Below, piece after piece: positions 16,614 through 24,404 of a DNA stretch of 32,000 nucleotides. The position numbers and the translations under genes were made by a program. Every line of letters begins with the position of its first letter. Position 1 is the stretch's first letter. The DNA is taken from the NCBI GenBank assembly GCA_028279745.1, contig JANQNC010000001.1, positions 1,200,001 through 1,232,000 on the forward strand. The letters run 5' to 3'. The notes beneath the pieces are model-generated. The model did no database searches. It saw only the letters and a program-made list of their open reading frames with translations, and was not told the origin of the DNA. This DNA is from Candidatus Nanoarchaeia archaeon. GTDB lineage: Archaea; Nanobdellota; Nanobdellia; Woesearchaeales; JANQNC01.

Positions 16614-17126
16614 TCATTTTGATTCTTCTTGAATGATAGAATCTAAAGAATTTTGCTTAATTAATTTTTGCTTGGCTTTATTATATTTAACTCTTGAATA
16701 CTCAAAAACACCTGAAGCAATATTTGTTGCTAATGGAAGGAGCATAATTTTATTATTTCTATAATGGTCTGAGGCTATTAAATATATGGTGGTGTTAAGT
16801 ATATTTGATGAAAATCCAATGAATCCAAAGGTTCCGAATAGCAGTTCTTTCCAATTTACATCCTCTGCTGGATGTTTATTTGAATGTTTTTGAGCTTTAG
16901 TCTCTCCATAAAGATATCTAATTGTTGTTGGGGCGATATATGATGAAATAAAGCCTGCAATTAAACCTGCAGAAGTTAAAGCTGCACCTAAAGCAATATT
17001 ATAAGTGACTTTTCCGATGCAACGTAATGGTTTCAAATAAGTATCTTTATTCTTTAAATAATCAGCACTATTTCTAACTAATTCAGCAAGTACTTCTTTT
17101 CTTTTCGGTTCATATTTTGTGTTCAT
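16614..17126 (-). CDS. Hypothetical membrane protein
   Basis: 170 aa with 3-4 hydrophobic helices. Transcribed divergently from the TrmB-like gene at 17218. Confidence 0.5.
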   Translation of the reverse strand: MNTKYEPKRKEVLAELVRNSADYLKNKDTYLKPLRCIGKVTYNIALGAALTSAGLIAGFISSYIAPTTIRYLYGETKAQKHSNKHPAEDVNWKELLFGTFGFIGFSSNILNTTIYLIASDHYRNNKIMLLPLATNIASGVFEYSRVKYNKAKQKLIKQNSLDSIIQEESK

Positions 17127-17217
17127 CTACTTCTTAGTAATAACCCCTGCATATATTAATGTTTGTCGTCATTTTTTGACGAAATATTTAAATAGTTGTT
17201 ATGTTATTTAATAAAAT

Positions 17218-17931
17218 ATGGAAGCAGAACTAAAACAATATGGATTATCAGAAAAAGAGATTGAAATCTATCTCGCAGGACTTAAAGCCGGTTCTTGTAC
17301 TGCAAACAGGCTTTCAGAACTAACAGGAATTAGAAGATCAACAGTATATGAAGTAACAGAAACCCTAAAGAAAAAAGGATTAATGAGCAGCATTAAACAA
17401 GAAAAAAAATACTACTTTGTTGCTTCAAAACCTGAAAGTTTAATAGAATTACTGAAAGAAAAAGAAGACATAATTAAAAGAGTCCTACCTGATTTAAATA
17501 AACTATCGACAGTACAAATAGAAAAACCTGCAATTACAATATACAAAGGAAGTGTAGGTATACGTGCTGCCGCAGAAGATATGCTCTCAGCAAAAGAGAT
17601 ATTAGTTTATGGAGCAAGTAAAAATGCTGATGCAGTAATGGGTTCTTATACTTCCAATTTTGCAAAAAAAAGAGTTGAAAAAAAAGTTAAGCTAAAAGCT
17701 GTTATTGAGGACATTCCAAAACACATGCTTGAAAAAGATGTCAAAAAATATACACAAATTCAGAAACTAAACTTTTTAAGAAATCACAACACAGTATACT
17801 TTATTTATAATAATAAAGTATTAATATGTACGCTTAAAGAAGAACTGATGGTTGTTCAGATAGAAAGCCCATTACTCGTGGAATCTCAAAAACTAATTTT
17901 CCAGTTTCTTTGGAACCAGTCAGATAATTGA
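17218..17931 (+). CDS. TrmB-family transcriptional regulator
   Basis: 237 aa. The N-terminal winged HTH (YGLSEKEIEIYLAGLKAGSCTANRLSELTGIRRSTVYEVTETLKKKGL) is the typical TrmB signature, followed by a coiled-coil and a C-terminal domain. Confidence 0.85.
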   Translation: MEAELKQYGLSEKEIEIYLAGLKAGSCTANRLSELTGIRRSTVYEVTETLKKKGLMSSIKQEKKYYFVASKPESLIELLKEKEDIIKRVLPDLNKLSTVQIEKPAITIYKGSVGIRAAAEDMLSAKEILVYGASKNADAVMGSYTSNFAKKRVEKKVKLKAVIEDIPKHMLEKDVKKYTQIQKLNFLRNHNTVYFIYNNKVLICTLKEELMVVQIESPLLVESQKLIFQFLWNQSDN

Positions 17932-17948
17932 CCAATTATTTAACAAAG

Positions 17949-17974
17949 TTAAGTGTTCAAATAAACGTCAGGTT
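17949..17974. repeat. Conserved intergenic motif, copy 2
   Basis: TTAAGTGTTCAAATAAACGTCAGGTT lies in the convergent gap between TrmB (stop 17931) and the repeat-protein gene (stop 17990). A degenerate third copy (TTAAGTGCTGCAAACGGGTTATT, ~18867-18890) overlaps the stop of the second TrmB gene. Confidence 0.6.
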
Positions 17975-17989
17975 ATTTGCTTCTGAGTT

Positions 17990-18727
17990 TCAAGATGAGT
18001 TCTGTGACAAATAGGCGTCATGGAGTAACTCAAAACCATTTGAATATTTGATTGCTTTTATGGCAAGTATTGTTGATGGTAGTGAGTCGATGTTTTGGTT
18101 TCTAAATTTTTGGTAGACTTCTTTTATTATTTGACGTTCTTGTTTGCCATATTGTATTGCTTGGGTGCTAAGTAAGGCAGCGCTTGTTTGGTCAATTCCA
18201 TCTTCAATGAAAGAGTTATAAGTTGAGTTAAGGTCTTCGCTTTCTCCGTATTTGATTGCTGTTATAGCAAGTATTGTTGATGGTAATGAATCAATATCCT
18301 GATTTCTATAGGTTTGGTAAGATTCTTTTATTATTTGGCGTTCTTTTTTGCCGTATTGTATTGTTTGAGTGCTAAGTAAGGCAGCGCTTGTTTGATCGAT
18401 TCCATCATCGATAAAAGAGTTGTAGGTTGAGTTGAGATCTTCTCTTTCTTTTTCTCCATATTCAATCGCTTTTATGGCAAGTATTGTTGAGGGTAGGGAG
18501 TCGATGTTTTGGTTTCTAAATTTTTGGTAGACTTCTTTTATTATTTGACGTTCTTGTTTGCCATATTGTATTGCTTGGGTGCTAAGTAAAGCAGCGCTTA
18601 GTTGGTCAATTCCTTCGTTTGTAAAATTGGTATAAATAGAGTTAAGATCTTCTCTTTCTTTTTTTCCATATTCGATTGCTGTTACGGCAAGTATGGCATT
18701 TTCCAATCCAGATATTTCTTCTAACAT
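17990..18727 (-). CDS. Helical-repeat protein (seven ~35-aa repeats arranged as 3.5 x 70-aa units)
   Basis: 245 aa. Repeats run ILAxxAIxYGxxEREDLNSxYxxFxxxGIDQxSAA / LLSTQxIQYGKxERQIIKExYQxxRNQxIDSLPST. TATA-like CATATATAAATG lies ~27 nt upstream (leaderless). No family recognised. Confidence 0.7.
   Translation of the reverse strand: MLEEISGLENAILAVTAIEYGKKEREDLNSIYTNFTNEGIDQLSAALLSTQAIQYGKQERQIIKEVYQKFRNQNIDSLPSTILAIKAIEYGEKEREDLNSTYNSFIDDGIDQTSAALLSTQTIQYGKKERQIIKESYQTYRNQDIDSLPSTILAITAIKYGESEDLNSTYNSFIEDGIDQTSAALLSTQAIQYGKQERQIIKEVYQKFRNQNIDSLPSTILAIKAIKYSNGFELLHDAYLSQNSS
18056..18700. repeat. Intragenic tandem repeat (~210-bp units) including a 92-nt perfect direct repeat 414 bp apart
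   Basis: 18084-18175 and 18498-18589 are identical (GAGTCGATGTTTTGGTTTCTAAATTTTTGGTAGACTT...GGGTGCTAAGTAA). Flanks are near-identical. The middle unit is more diverged. Confidence 0.85.
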
Positions 18728-18885
18728 ATCATATAATGAAAAGGTTACTCATATATAAATGTTTCTATTTTATTGTCCCTGCATAGTGACAACATAAGGG
18801 TTGAAATGGTCAAATTCAAGCAGATGAAACCCCTAAATTCAGACATTAGACAAGCTTAGAAAGAAGGTTAAGTGCTGCAAACGGG

Positions 18886-19581
18886 TTATTCACTTAAATT
18901 ATCCCAGAGTAAATCAAACATCATCTTTTGAGTGTTGTAGAAGTTCTTTTCATTGATTAATATGCCAATAGGTTCTTTTTCTTCTAATGAAATCATAGCA
19001 ATTTTTCTGTTATACAGCCAAGTGGCCGTTTTTATCTTTTGTTTAATCAGTTTGTAAGCTGCTTTTTTATCAAAAGGCTGCACTTCACTAATTATCTTTA
19101 CCTTAATCCCTTTCTTTTTTCTTCTTTCAACAAAATGAGGGAAGTAATATTTGAATAATTTGAACAAATGATTCTTTGATGCAATGCATAAGAAAGAATC
19201 ACAGTCATTAAGTATATCTTCAAAGATTGTCTTTAGACCTTCTTTTCCAGTATAAACTTCAACGTTCGGTCTTTTTCCAACACTTTCAGATAAAGAATTT
19301 AGTTCAGGAAGAATTTTTTTAACCAATTCTTCTCTTTCTTTAAGCATATGAATTATCTTATTGGGTTGAGTTGCCTGATAAGATCTTTTCCCTGATCTTA
19401 TCGTATAACTTACGAAACCTTTCTGTTCAAGTGATTTCAATAGGTCATAAGCAGAAGTTCGGTTCATTCCTGCAAAGTTGGCGATCTTTTGAACTAAACT
19501 ACTTCCTAACTGAAGATTAGCTAAGTATATTTTAGTCTCTTTGTCGCTTAATCCTAATGATTTCAGTATCTCTTCTTTCAT
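18886..19581 (-). CDS. TrmB-family transcriptional regulator (paralog of 17218..17931)
   Basis: The ORF extends to 19683. The ATG at 19581 (MKEEILKSLGLSDKETKIYLANLQLGSSLVQKIANFAGMNRTSAYDLLKSLEQKGFV) begins the TrmB wHTH and lies ~27 nt after the TATA-like CATATTTATAAAATAC. The central region aligns with the other TrmB (KILPELNSL vs RVLPDLNKL). Confidence 0.85.
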   Translation of the reverse strand: MKEEILKSLGLSDKETKIYLANLQLGSSLVQKIANFAGMNRTSAYDLLKSLEQKGFVSYTIRSGKRSYQATQPNKIIHMLKEREELVKKILPELNSLSESVGKRPNVEVYTGKEGLKTIFEDILNDCDSFLCIASKNHLFKLFKYYFPHFVERRKKKGIKVKIISEVQPFDKKAAYKLIKQKIKTATWLYNRKIAMISLEEKEPIGILINEKNFYNTQKMMFDLLWDNLSE

Positions 19582-19668
19582 GAGTATAGTGAATGTAGTG
19601 TATTTTATAAATATGTCGTTTATTTTCCACAACATAATGTTAAATATAGAACAGTATACTACTATAAG

Positions 19669-20289
19669 ATGGACAAATTGCAAGAAAAATTAAAAGAGAT
19701 GGAAGAAGAAGAGTCTTCCATAAACAAACATCCTGTTGGGTTATGCAAACGTCTTAGAGACAAAATGGAATTATTTGTTAGAGAAGTAGAACTTATTCCA
19801 CCTAAGTATGAATCACGATCTGAATATGTTGAATCATCCGTTTCATTAGAAGAAATCAAAAAAATAACAAATAATTTTGACAAAAATATCACAGAGCCTG
19901 TTGGGGGTCTTCTTGGAATGTATTATTTTTTTAAGCATAAAGAAAGAAAATTTGGTCATCCTACAATGTTTAATGGTCACCATCCTTTAGATAATTTGGA
20001 AGTTGTAAAATTTCATTATAAACCAGATAGCAGCTGGGTTGATGGGTCGAAACTGAAATCCGGGCCTCATGAAGACCCTCTTGATGACATCTCAAGTATT
20101 GTATGGATGTCTGATACTTCTCAAATAGAAATTAATCATGCCAATAGTGAATTGTTTTATGGACATCTTGCGTTTGTTTCATCAAGAGATCTAAAAGATT
20201 TTATGGAAATTAAAGATATTCTGAAACAAACAGGATATGAAGATATCAGCAAAAGACCTAACCAACCAAGAGGTCTTAATTTGAGGTGA
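19669..20289 (+). CDS. Hypothetical protein (divergent from TrmB paralog)
   Basis: 206 aa with TATA-like GTTAAATATAG ~27 nt upstream. No recognisable motifs. Confidence 0.55.
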   Translation: MDKLQEKLKEMEEEESSINKHPVGLCKRLRDKMELFVREVELIPPKYESRSEYVESSVSLEEIKKITNNFDKNITEPVGGLLGMYYFFKHKERKFGHPTMFNGHHPLDNLEVVKFHYKPDSSWVDGSKLKSGPHEDPLDDISSIVWMSDTSQIEINHANSELFYGHLAFVSSRDLKDFMEIKDILKQTGYEDISKRPNQPRGLNLR

Positions 20290-20350
20290 GCGTATAAAAC
20301 ATGGTGGTTGTTTAGAAAGATTTATATAATTGTTATCCTATTTTTTTAGC

Positions 20351-20590
20351 ATGGGTTTATATGAAAAATATTTGGTAATCAGCAAAAAGTGGGTAGATTG
20401 GCTTCTTAAGAGAAAATATCTTTTTATCATCATAGGGATAGCGATATTTTTTATTATGTGGTCTATTCTTAAATTTGAGCAGGACAAAATACCTGCATCA
20501 ATTGCAATTGCCTTGATAATTACGCTGGGTCTTTTATTCCGACAGAAGCTTGATTCAATAATACTCAAACGAAGTATAGAACGAGATTAA
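20351..20590 (+). CDS. Small membrane protein
   Basis: The ORF opens at 20330 with a non-ATG codon. The ATG at 20351 lies ~27 nt after TTTATATAA. Two hydrophobic helices. Confidence 0.4.
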   Translation: MGLYEKYLVISKKWVDWLLKRKYLFIIIGIAIFFIMWSILKFEQDKIPASIAIALIITLGLLFRQKLDSIILKRSIERD

Positions 20591-20646
20591 TTTACTTTTG
20601 GAATGAATTAGAAACACTTATAAAAATAATCACTCTTTTTAATCTT

Positions 20647-21180
20647 ATGATAGAAAAAGTAAAACAATACTTTTATGATCTGTGTAAAGATAAACATTTC
20701 AGATGGGAGATCCATGTAGAGTCTGTTGTGAAACTTTCTAAAAAGTTAGCAAAACAGCTAGGTGCAGATGAAGAAGTGGTTGAGGTAGCAGCATGGTTGC
20801 ATGATATAAAGAAGATCCAAGGGGAACGTGAAAAACATCATGTTTATGGATCTGAACAAGCAGGAGAAATACTCAAACAAATAGGCTATGATGATGCTAA
20901 AATTGAAAAAGTAAAAAGATGCATATTAACCCATTCATCAGACAAAGCATATCCTACAGAATCAATAGAAGAAAAAGTTCTTGCAAGCGCAGATGCACTC
21001 TCGCATTTCTATACATTCACACTACTAGTTCAAGCAGCATACCTGCATGTAAAACCTGAAGAAGTTAAGGATTGGTTGTTAAACAAGTACACCAGATCGT
21101 TTGGAAAAATGATGCCAGAAGCAAAAAAACTTGCAGAAAAAAGGTATGAAGCTATCAAACTTCTTTTGGAAGAAAGTTAG
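20647..21180 (+). CDS. HD-domain metal-dependent phosphohydrolase
   Basis: 177 aa. H ... HD ... H/D pattern: WEIHVESV, AAWLHDIKK, HHVYGSE, ILTHSSD, SADALSH. Confidence 0.8.
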   Translation: MIEKVKQYFYDLCKDKHFRWEIHVESVVKLSKKLAKQLGADEEVVEVAAWLHDIKKIQGEREKHHVYGSEQAGEILKQIGYDDAKIEKVKRCILTHSSDKAYPTESIEEKVLASADALSHFYTFTLLVQAAYLHVKPEEVKDWLLNKYTRSFGKMMPEAKKLAEKRYEAIKLLLEES

Positions 21181-21186
21181 TATGAT

Positions 21187-21870
21187 CTATCTCTTTGGTG
21201 TAAGTCTTGAATTGTACACAAAGTCATAGAGTCCTGGTGCCTTTCTGTTTAAGTCTCTTAAGATGTCTTTAAAGTTTTGATTTGCGAAAGCAAACATTTC
21301 TTTAGCTCTTGGGGTGTTAGTATCTTGATAGTAAACTTTGTCGTCTGCATGAATCATCCAAATTTTTTTGTCATCGCCAAAATCATAATTGATCTTTGTA
21401 TTTTGGGGGGTTTCTAGCCACACCTCTAGTGATCTTGTGTGGTTAAAATGAAGTGTTTTTCTTGTTTCAGGATAGTATATGCTTGTGTTCATCCTATCAA
21501 TATCTAGACTGTATTTTATTCCATTACTTAACGTTCCGTTAATGTATGTGAGGATCCAATACTTGTCTTTTTTTTCTGATCCGTGTTCGAAAATCATCAT
21601 GGACACTCCTCTGTTAAGATAATTATCTTGGAGGCCTTCTAGTTTATATAAAAAATAATTAGAAGGTAGGACTTGTGCTCCTAAACCTTGTGTTTTTCTT
21701 TTCTTTTTTTGTTTAGGTGCTTTTTTCTTTACTTCTGGAACTTTTTTAACTTGTTCTTCAAGAGGAGGTTGTTTTGGTGCAATCTCTTTAGTTGGATTAT
21801 CACAATGTTTAACTCCAAACGATGCTGCGGCAGCAAGCCATACTGCAATTAGAATGGATTTTTTAATCAT
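21187..21870 (-). CDS. Secreted hypothetical protein
   Basis: The ORF extends to 21903. The ATG at 21870 gives a signal peptide (MIKKSILIAVWLAAAASFG) followed by a Lys/Pro-rich linker. It overlaps the upstream stop within ATGATTAA. Confidence 0.55.
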   Translation of the reverse strand: MIKKSILIAVWLAAAASFGVKHCDNPTKEIAPKQPPLEEQVKKVPEVKKKAPKQKKKRKTQGLGAQVLPSNYFLYKLEGLQDNYLNRGVSMMIFEHGSEKKDKYWILTYINGTLSNGIKYSLDIDRMNTSIYYPETRKTLHFNHTRSLEVWLETPQNTKINYDFGDDKKIWMIHADDKVYYQDTNTPRAKEMFAFANQNFKDILRDLNRKAPGLYDFVYNSRLTPKR

Positions 21871-22240
21871 TTTTTGGTTTTGGGTTGTTTGAAAAAAGTA
21901 CATTGCTTTCAGATGGAGTTATCATCATCTCTGAATATAATTTTTGGTATTGTTCTTGAGCGCTTGTTAATGTGCTATGTGCTTCTTCTTTAGAAATTTC
22001 TCCATTAACATATTGTGTTGCAACATTGTATACAGTTTCAGGAAGCAGTTCTTTTGCTTCAGGATTATCTAGGTATAACATTTTGATTATTCCTGTGGAA
22101 TCTAATCGGTTTTGTAATACTTGTACTGTTTGTAAAACTAGCTGTGCAGCTCTATCCTGTTCTGATCCAGCACCAAGAGTTTTAAACTGGCCAAGACATT
22201 TTTCCAGGTCTTTTTTTGCAGCGTCATATGTTACTTCCAT
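21863..22240 (-). CDS. Hypothetical protein
   Basis: The ORF extends to 22297. The TATA-like AAACATTTATATAC box (22262-22275, minus strand) lies ~27 nt upstream of the internal ATG at 22240 (MEVTYDAAKKD), which favours the shorter 125-aa form. Confidence 0.45.
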   Translation of the reverse strand: MEVTYDAAKKDLEKCLGQFKTLGAGSEQDRAAQLVLQTVQVLQNRLDSTGIIKMLYLDNPEAKELLPETVYNVATQYVNGEISKEEAHSTLTSAQEQYQKLYSEMMITPSESNVLFSNNPKPKND

Positions 22241-22289
22241 AAGTAAGGAGTACTGTATAGTAGTATATAAATGTTTCTGGAGAAAAGGC

Positions 22290-22739
22290 TTATTCAACCA
22301 ACTCTATCTGTTCTTCACAATACTTACCATAAGGTCTTAGATTCAGGTAGTTTCTAGAAAACTTAAGTCTTGGGTTTATTAGTTCTATCAGTTTCTGGTT
22401 TGATTCTTCCCAGCCTTTGCTGCAAACTTCTCTTGTATCTGCACCAAGTCTTTTAGCTGCTTCCAAAACAGGACACCAATTGTATGATCTCCACACTATC
22501 TTATTATCATCTTCATGCATAACTTTAATGTCTTTAGGATTTATCTTCATGTATCTGAAAAGAAGAATCTCATATGCTTTCCTTACATCAGTTCCTTTAA
22601 CATTAAGAGAATTTTTATTTTGTTCATACCAAGCAATCTTTTTTTGGGTCAGATGTTGATTAATTTTATCATAGTTGCCTGAACATTTTGCAATTGTAAT
22701 CCTTTCAATGTTTCTTACAACATTTGCTACATCTGACAT
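22290..22739 (-). CDS. Hypothetical Cys-containing protein, possibly ATC-hydrolase-like (PF14196-type)
   Basis: 149 aa. The pattern WRSYNWCPVLEAAKRLGADTREVCSKGWEES...RLKFSRNYLNLRPYGKYCEEQIEL resembles the conserved Cys spacing of L-2-amino-thiazoline-4-carboxylic acid hydrolase-like proteins. This is a weak recognition by eye. Confidence 0.4.
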   Translation of the reverse strand: MSDVANVVRNIERITIAKCSGNYDKINQHLTQKKIAWYEQNKNSLNVKGTDVRKAYEILLFRYMKINPKDIKVMHEDDNKIVWRSYNWCPVLEAAKRLGADTREVCSKGWEESNQKLIELINPRLKFSRNYLNLRPYGKYCEEQIELVE

Positions 22740-22740
22740 T

Positions 22741-23100
22741 TTAGAATTGGTATTCTTTTCCTTTTTCTAACAGTTCTATCTTTTCTATCTTACTGACAGG
22801 AATCAGATTACAGCTGCAACCAAGATACATTTCTATAGATACGTACATTTCATCAGTAAGAAGTCTTCCAGGACCGCTGCTTGTGTAGGTTCCAATAAGT
22901 GTTCTTGTTTCTAATATAGGTTTTAGTTCATCATTCTTTTCAGTTAGTTCATCACTGCTAATGATACGAAACTTTCCTTTAGAATCCAGATATGCCCAAT
23001 GTTCATCTTTTAGTGTAAGACTGACCATCACCTTATTGTCTTCAGTGCTACTTGGAATAGAACTCAAAATGTCGTTTAGTCGTTTTATCTTTTTGTCCAT
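22741..23100 (-). CDS. Hypothetical protein
   Basis: 119-aa ORF, 1 nt from the downstream gene and 2 nt from the upstream gene. No recognisable motifs. Confidence 0.55.
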   Translation of the reverse strand: MDKKIKRLNDILSSIPSSTEDNKVMVSLTLKDEHWAYLDSKGKFRIISSDELTEKNDELKPILETRTLIGTYTSSGPGRLLTDEMYVSIEMYLGCSCNLIPVSKIEKIELLEKGKEYQF

Positions 23101-23102
23101 TT

Positions 23103-23468
23103 TTAGTCTTTTATAATACTACTTTTTTCTTGAATATCAACTAAGATCGCAGTGTAGTGATCCCTAAGTTGTTTTGCATATTCCATCTGTTTCTGAAAAT
23201 CAAAAGTACCTGGGTCTCCCCTTGCAGTTATTGTTGCCTCTGCGATAATGTTGGGGTCAATAGCATGCCAAAACTTTTTGTCCTCTAATGAGTCCATATA
23301 GCTAAAGTCTAGTGGGATGAGAGATTTCCCTTCCTGATAAAAACGATATAACCAGCTGTTAAGTCCGCTATCAGTACAACTTCTCTCGAATTTAAATCCC
23401 ATCTTAGCTAGAATACTGTCTAAATCTTTCGGTATTTCCCTGAATCCTAAACTTAAATCGTATGACAT
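23103..23468 (-). CDS. Hypothetical protein (first gene of a tightly packed minus-strand block)
   Basis: 121-aa ORF preceded by a promoter and 5' UTR module that is near-identical to the one upstream of ilvD. Confidence 0.55.
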   Translation of the reverse strand: MSYDLSLGFREIPKDLDSILAKMGFKFERSCTDSGLNSWLYRFYQEGKSLIPLDFSYMDSLEDKKFWHAIDPNIIAEATITARGDPGTFDFQKQMEYAKQLRDHYTAILVDIQEKSSIIKD

Positions 23469-23518
23469 TTTATTACCTGCTCTAAGAACCTCTTTTTAAC
23501 ACTAGAATTGTTTATTTA

Positions 23519-23548
23519 GTATATAAAACTTGAGAGTTTGTTTTTAAA
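23519..23548 (-). promoter_or_regulatory. Promoter module (TATA box plus conserved upstream element), copy 1
   Basis: GTATATAAAACTTGAGAGTTTGTTTTTAAA matches 26833-26862 at 28 of 30 positions. On the minus strand it reads TTTAAAAACAAACTCTCAAGTTTTATATAC. It sits 50 nt upstream of the ATG at 23468. A second shared block, AAAAAGAGGTT, lies ~19-29 nt upstream of the ATG. Confidence 0.6.
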
Positions 23549-23789
23549 CTAGCACTTGTTTAGAAAGTACTTTGTATCTACGTCCTGCATAAAGACCGTA
23601 TTGAGAAAGTGTTTCAAAAAGGTTAGATGCAACACCATAACCCCAGAACATAATCTTGTCGCCAACATTAACTTTCTTTGCTTCTTGAAGATCGAATCTT
23701 TTTTTATCACCAAACCAACAAAATCCATACTTTTTAGTCTTGCCTTTAGGTAATTCTATTTTGAATATTATATTTGATATGTCTGGCAT
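23544..23789 (-). CDS. Small hypothetical protein
   Basis: 81 aa with TATA-like GTATATAAAG ~27 nt upstream. Its last codons overlap a sequence block repeated at 25120-25135. Confidence 0.4.
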   Translation of the reverse strand: MPDISNIIFKIELPKGKTKKYGFCWFGDKKRFDLQEAKKVNVGDKIMFWGYGVASNLFETLSQYGLYAGRRYKVLSKQVLV

Positions 23790-23822
23790 GGTCTGAAGAA
23801 TCAGTAAGATGTATATAAAGAT

Positions 23823-24404
23823 TTACTTCTTCTTAAACAATGACTTTGCGCCTCTGTACAGTCCAAGAAATGTTGTTAATACACCCATAGTTTGGCTAAC
23901 GACCTGTGAGACTAATGGAGTTCCTATGAGGTAGCTTCCTTTAACTACTCCATAAGTTATTCTTTCTGCACGGTTATCATTTCCGCCGTATTTTAGAGGT
24001 GTAGAAAAGTCTTTATTTTTGTAGTCTCTGTAGATTCTTACAGAATCAACTACTGCACCTTTGGCAGTAAATATTATGGGGATCGCATAAGAGATCATTC
24101 CTGCTTTAGCAAAATACCACATGCTTAGAAGTTCTAAAGAACGGTCTGCAAATATGTCTGCATAAGCGCCATATTTATTCTCTTTTTTTGTTAACCTTGC
24201 AACTAACCCATCAATAGCATCTGTAGCAAATGCGACCCCAAGAGTTAAAGAAAGCTTTATTGGATCGTCTATATAATTTTCTAAACCATACAAAGCAATT
24301 AGTGGTCTTGATGCAGATACAGCATTAGAAGGTGTTGCGAATTCTTTTATCTTCTTTAAGAGACTCATATTATCATCGGTAAATATCTGCATGACATCTT
24401 TCAT
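23823..24404 (-). CDS. CDP-alcohol phosphatidyltransferase (PgsA-like; archaetidylglycerophosphate or archaetidylinositol-phosphate synthase type)
   Basis: 193 aa. Carries the full family signature D-x2-D-G-x2-A-R-x8-G-x3-D-x3-D (DAIDGLVARLTKKENKYGAYADIFAD) and multiple TM helices. An alternative start at 24368 (MSLLKK) would remove the 32-nt overlap with the upstream gene. Confidence 0.85.
   Translation of the reverse strand: MKDVMQIFTDDNMSLLKKIKEFATPSNAVSASRPLIALYGLENYIDDPIKLSLTLGVAFATDAIDGLVARLTKKENKYGAYADIFADRSLELLSMWYFAKAGMISYAIPIIFTAKGAVVDSVRIYRDYKNKDFSTPLKYGGNDNRAERITYGVVKGSYLIGTPLVSQVVSQTMGVLTTFLGLYRGAKSLFKKK

Noticed and set aside
17990-18727. Regularly spaced ~210-bp repeats that could be mistaken for a CRISPR-like array
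   Set aside because: The repeats are far longer than CRISPR repeats, have no unique spacers, and lie in a single intact reading frame encoding 35-aa protein repeats. No cas genes are present. They are coding tandem repeats.
19582-19683. N-terminal 34-aa extension of the second TrmB ORF (MQFVHLIVVYCSIF...)
   Set aside because: The extension would cover the TATA-like box and the divergent promoter region. The TrmB wHTH begins at the internal Met (19581), which has correct leaderless spacing.
20307-20318. 12-mer TTGTTTAGAAAG present three times (20307, 23557, 25124), plus one 1-mismatch copy (16571), considered as a regulatory motif
   Set aside because: A rough composition-based estimate for 32 kb of roughly one-third-GC DNA gives about one triple 12-mer by chance. 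Only the longer composite matches were kept as findings.
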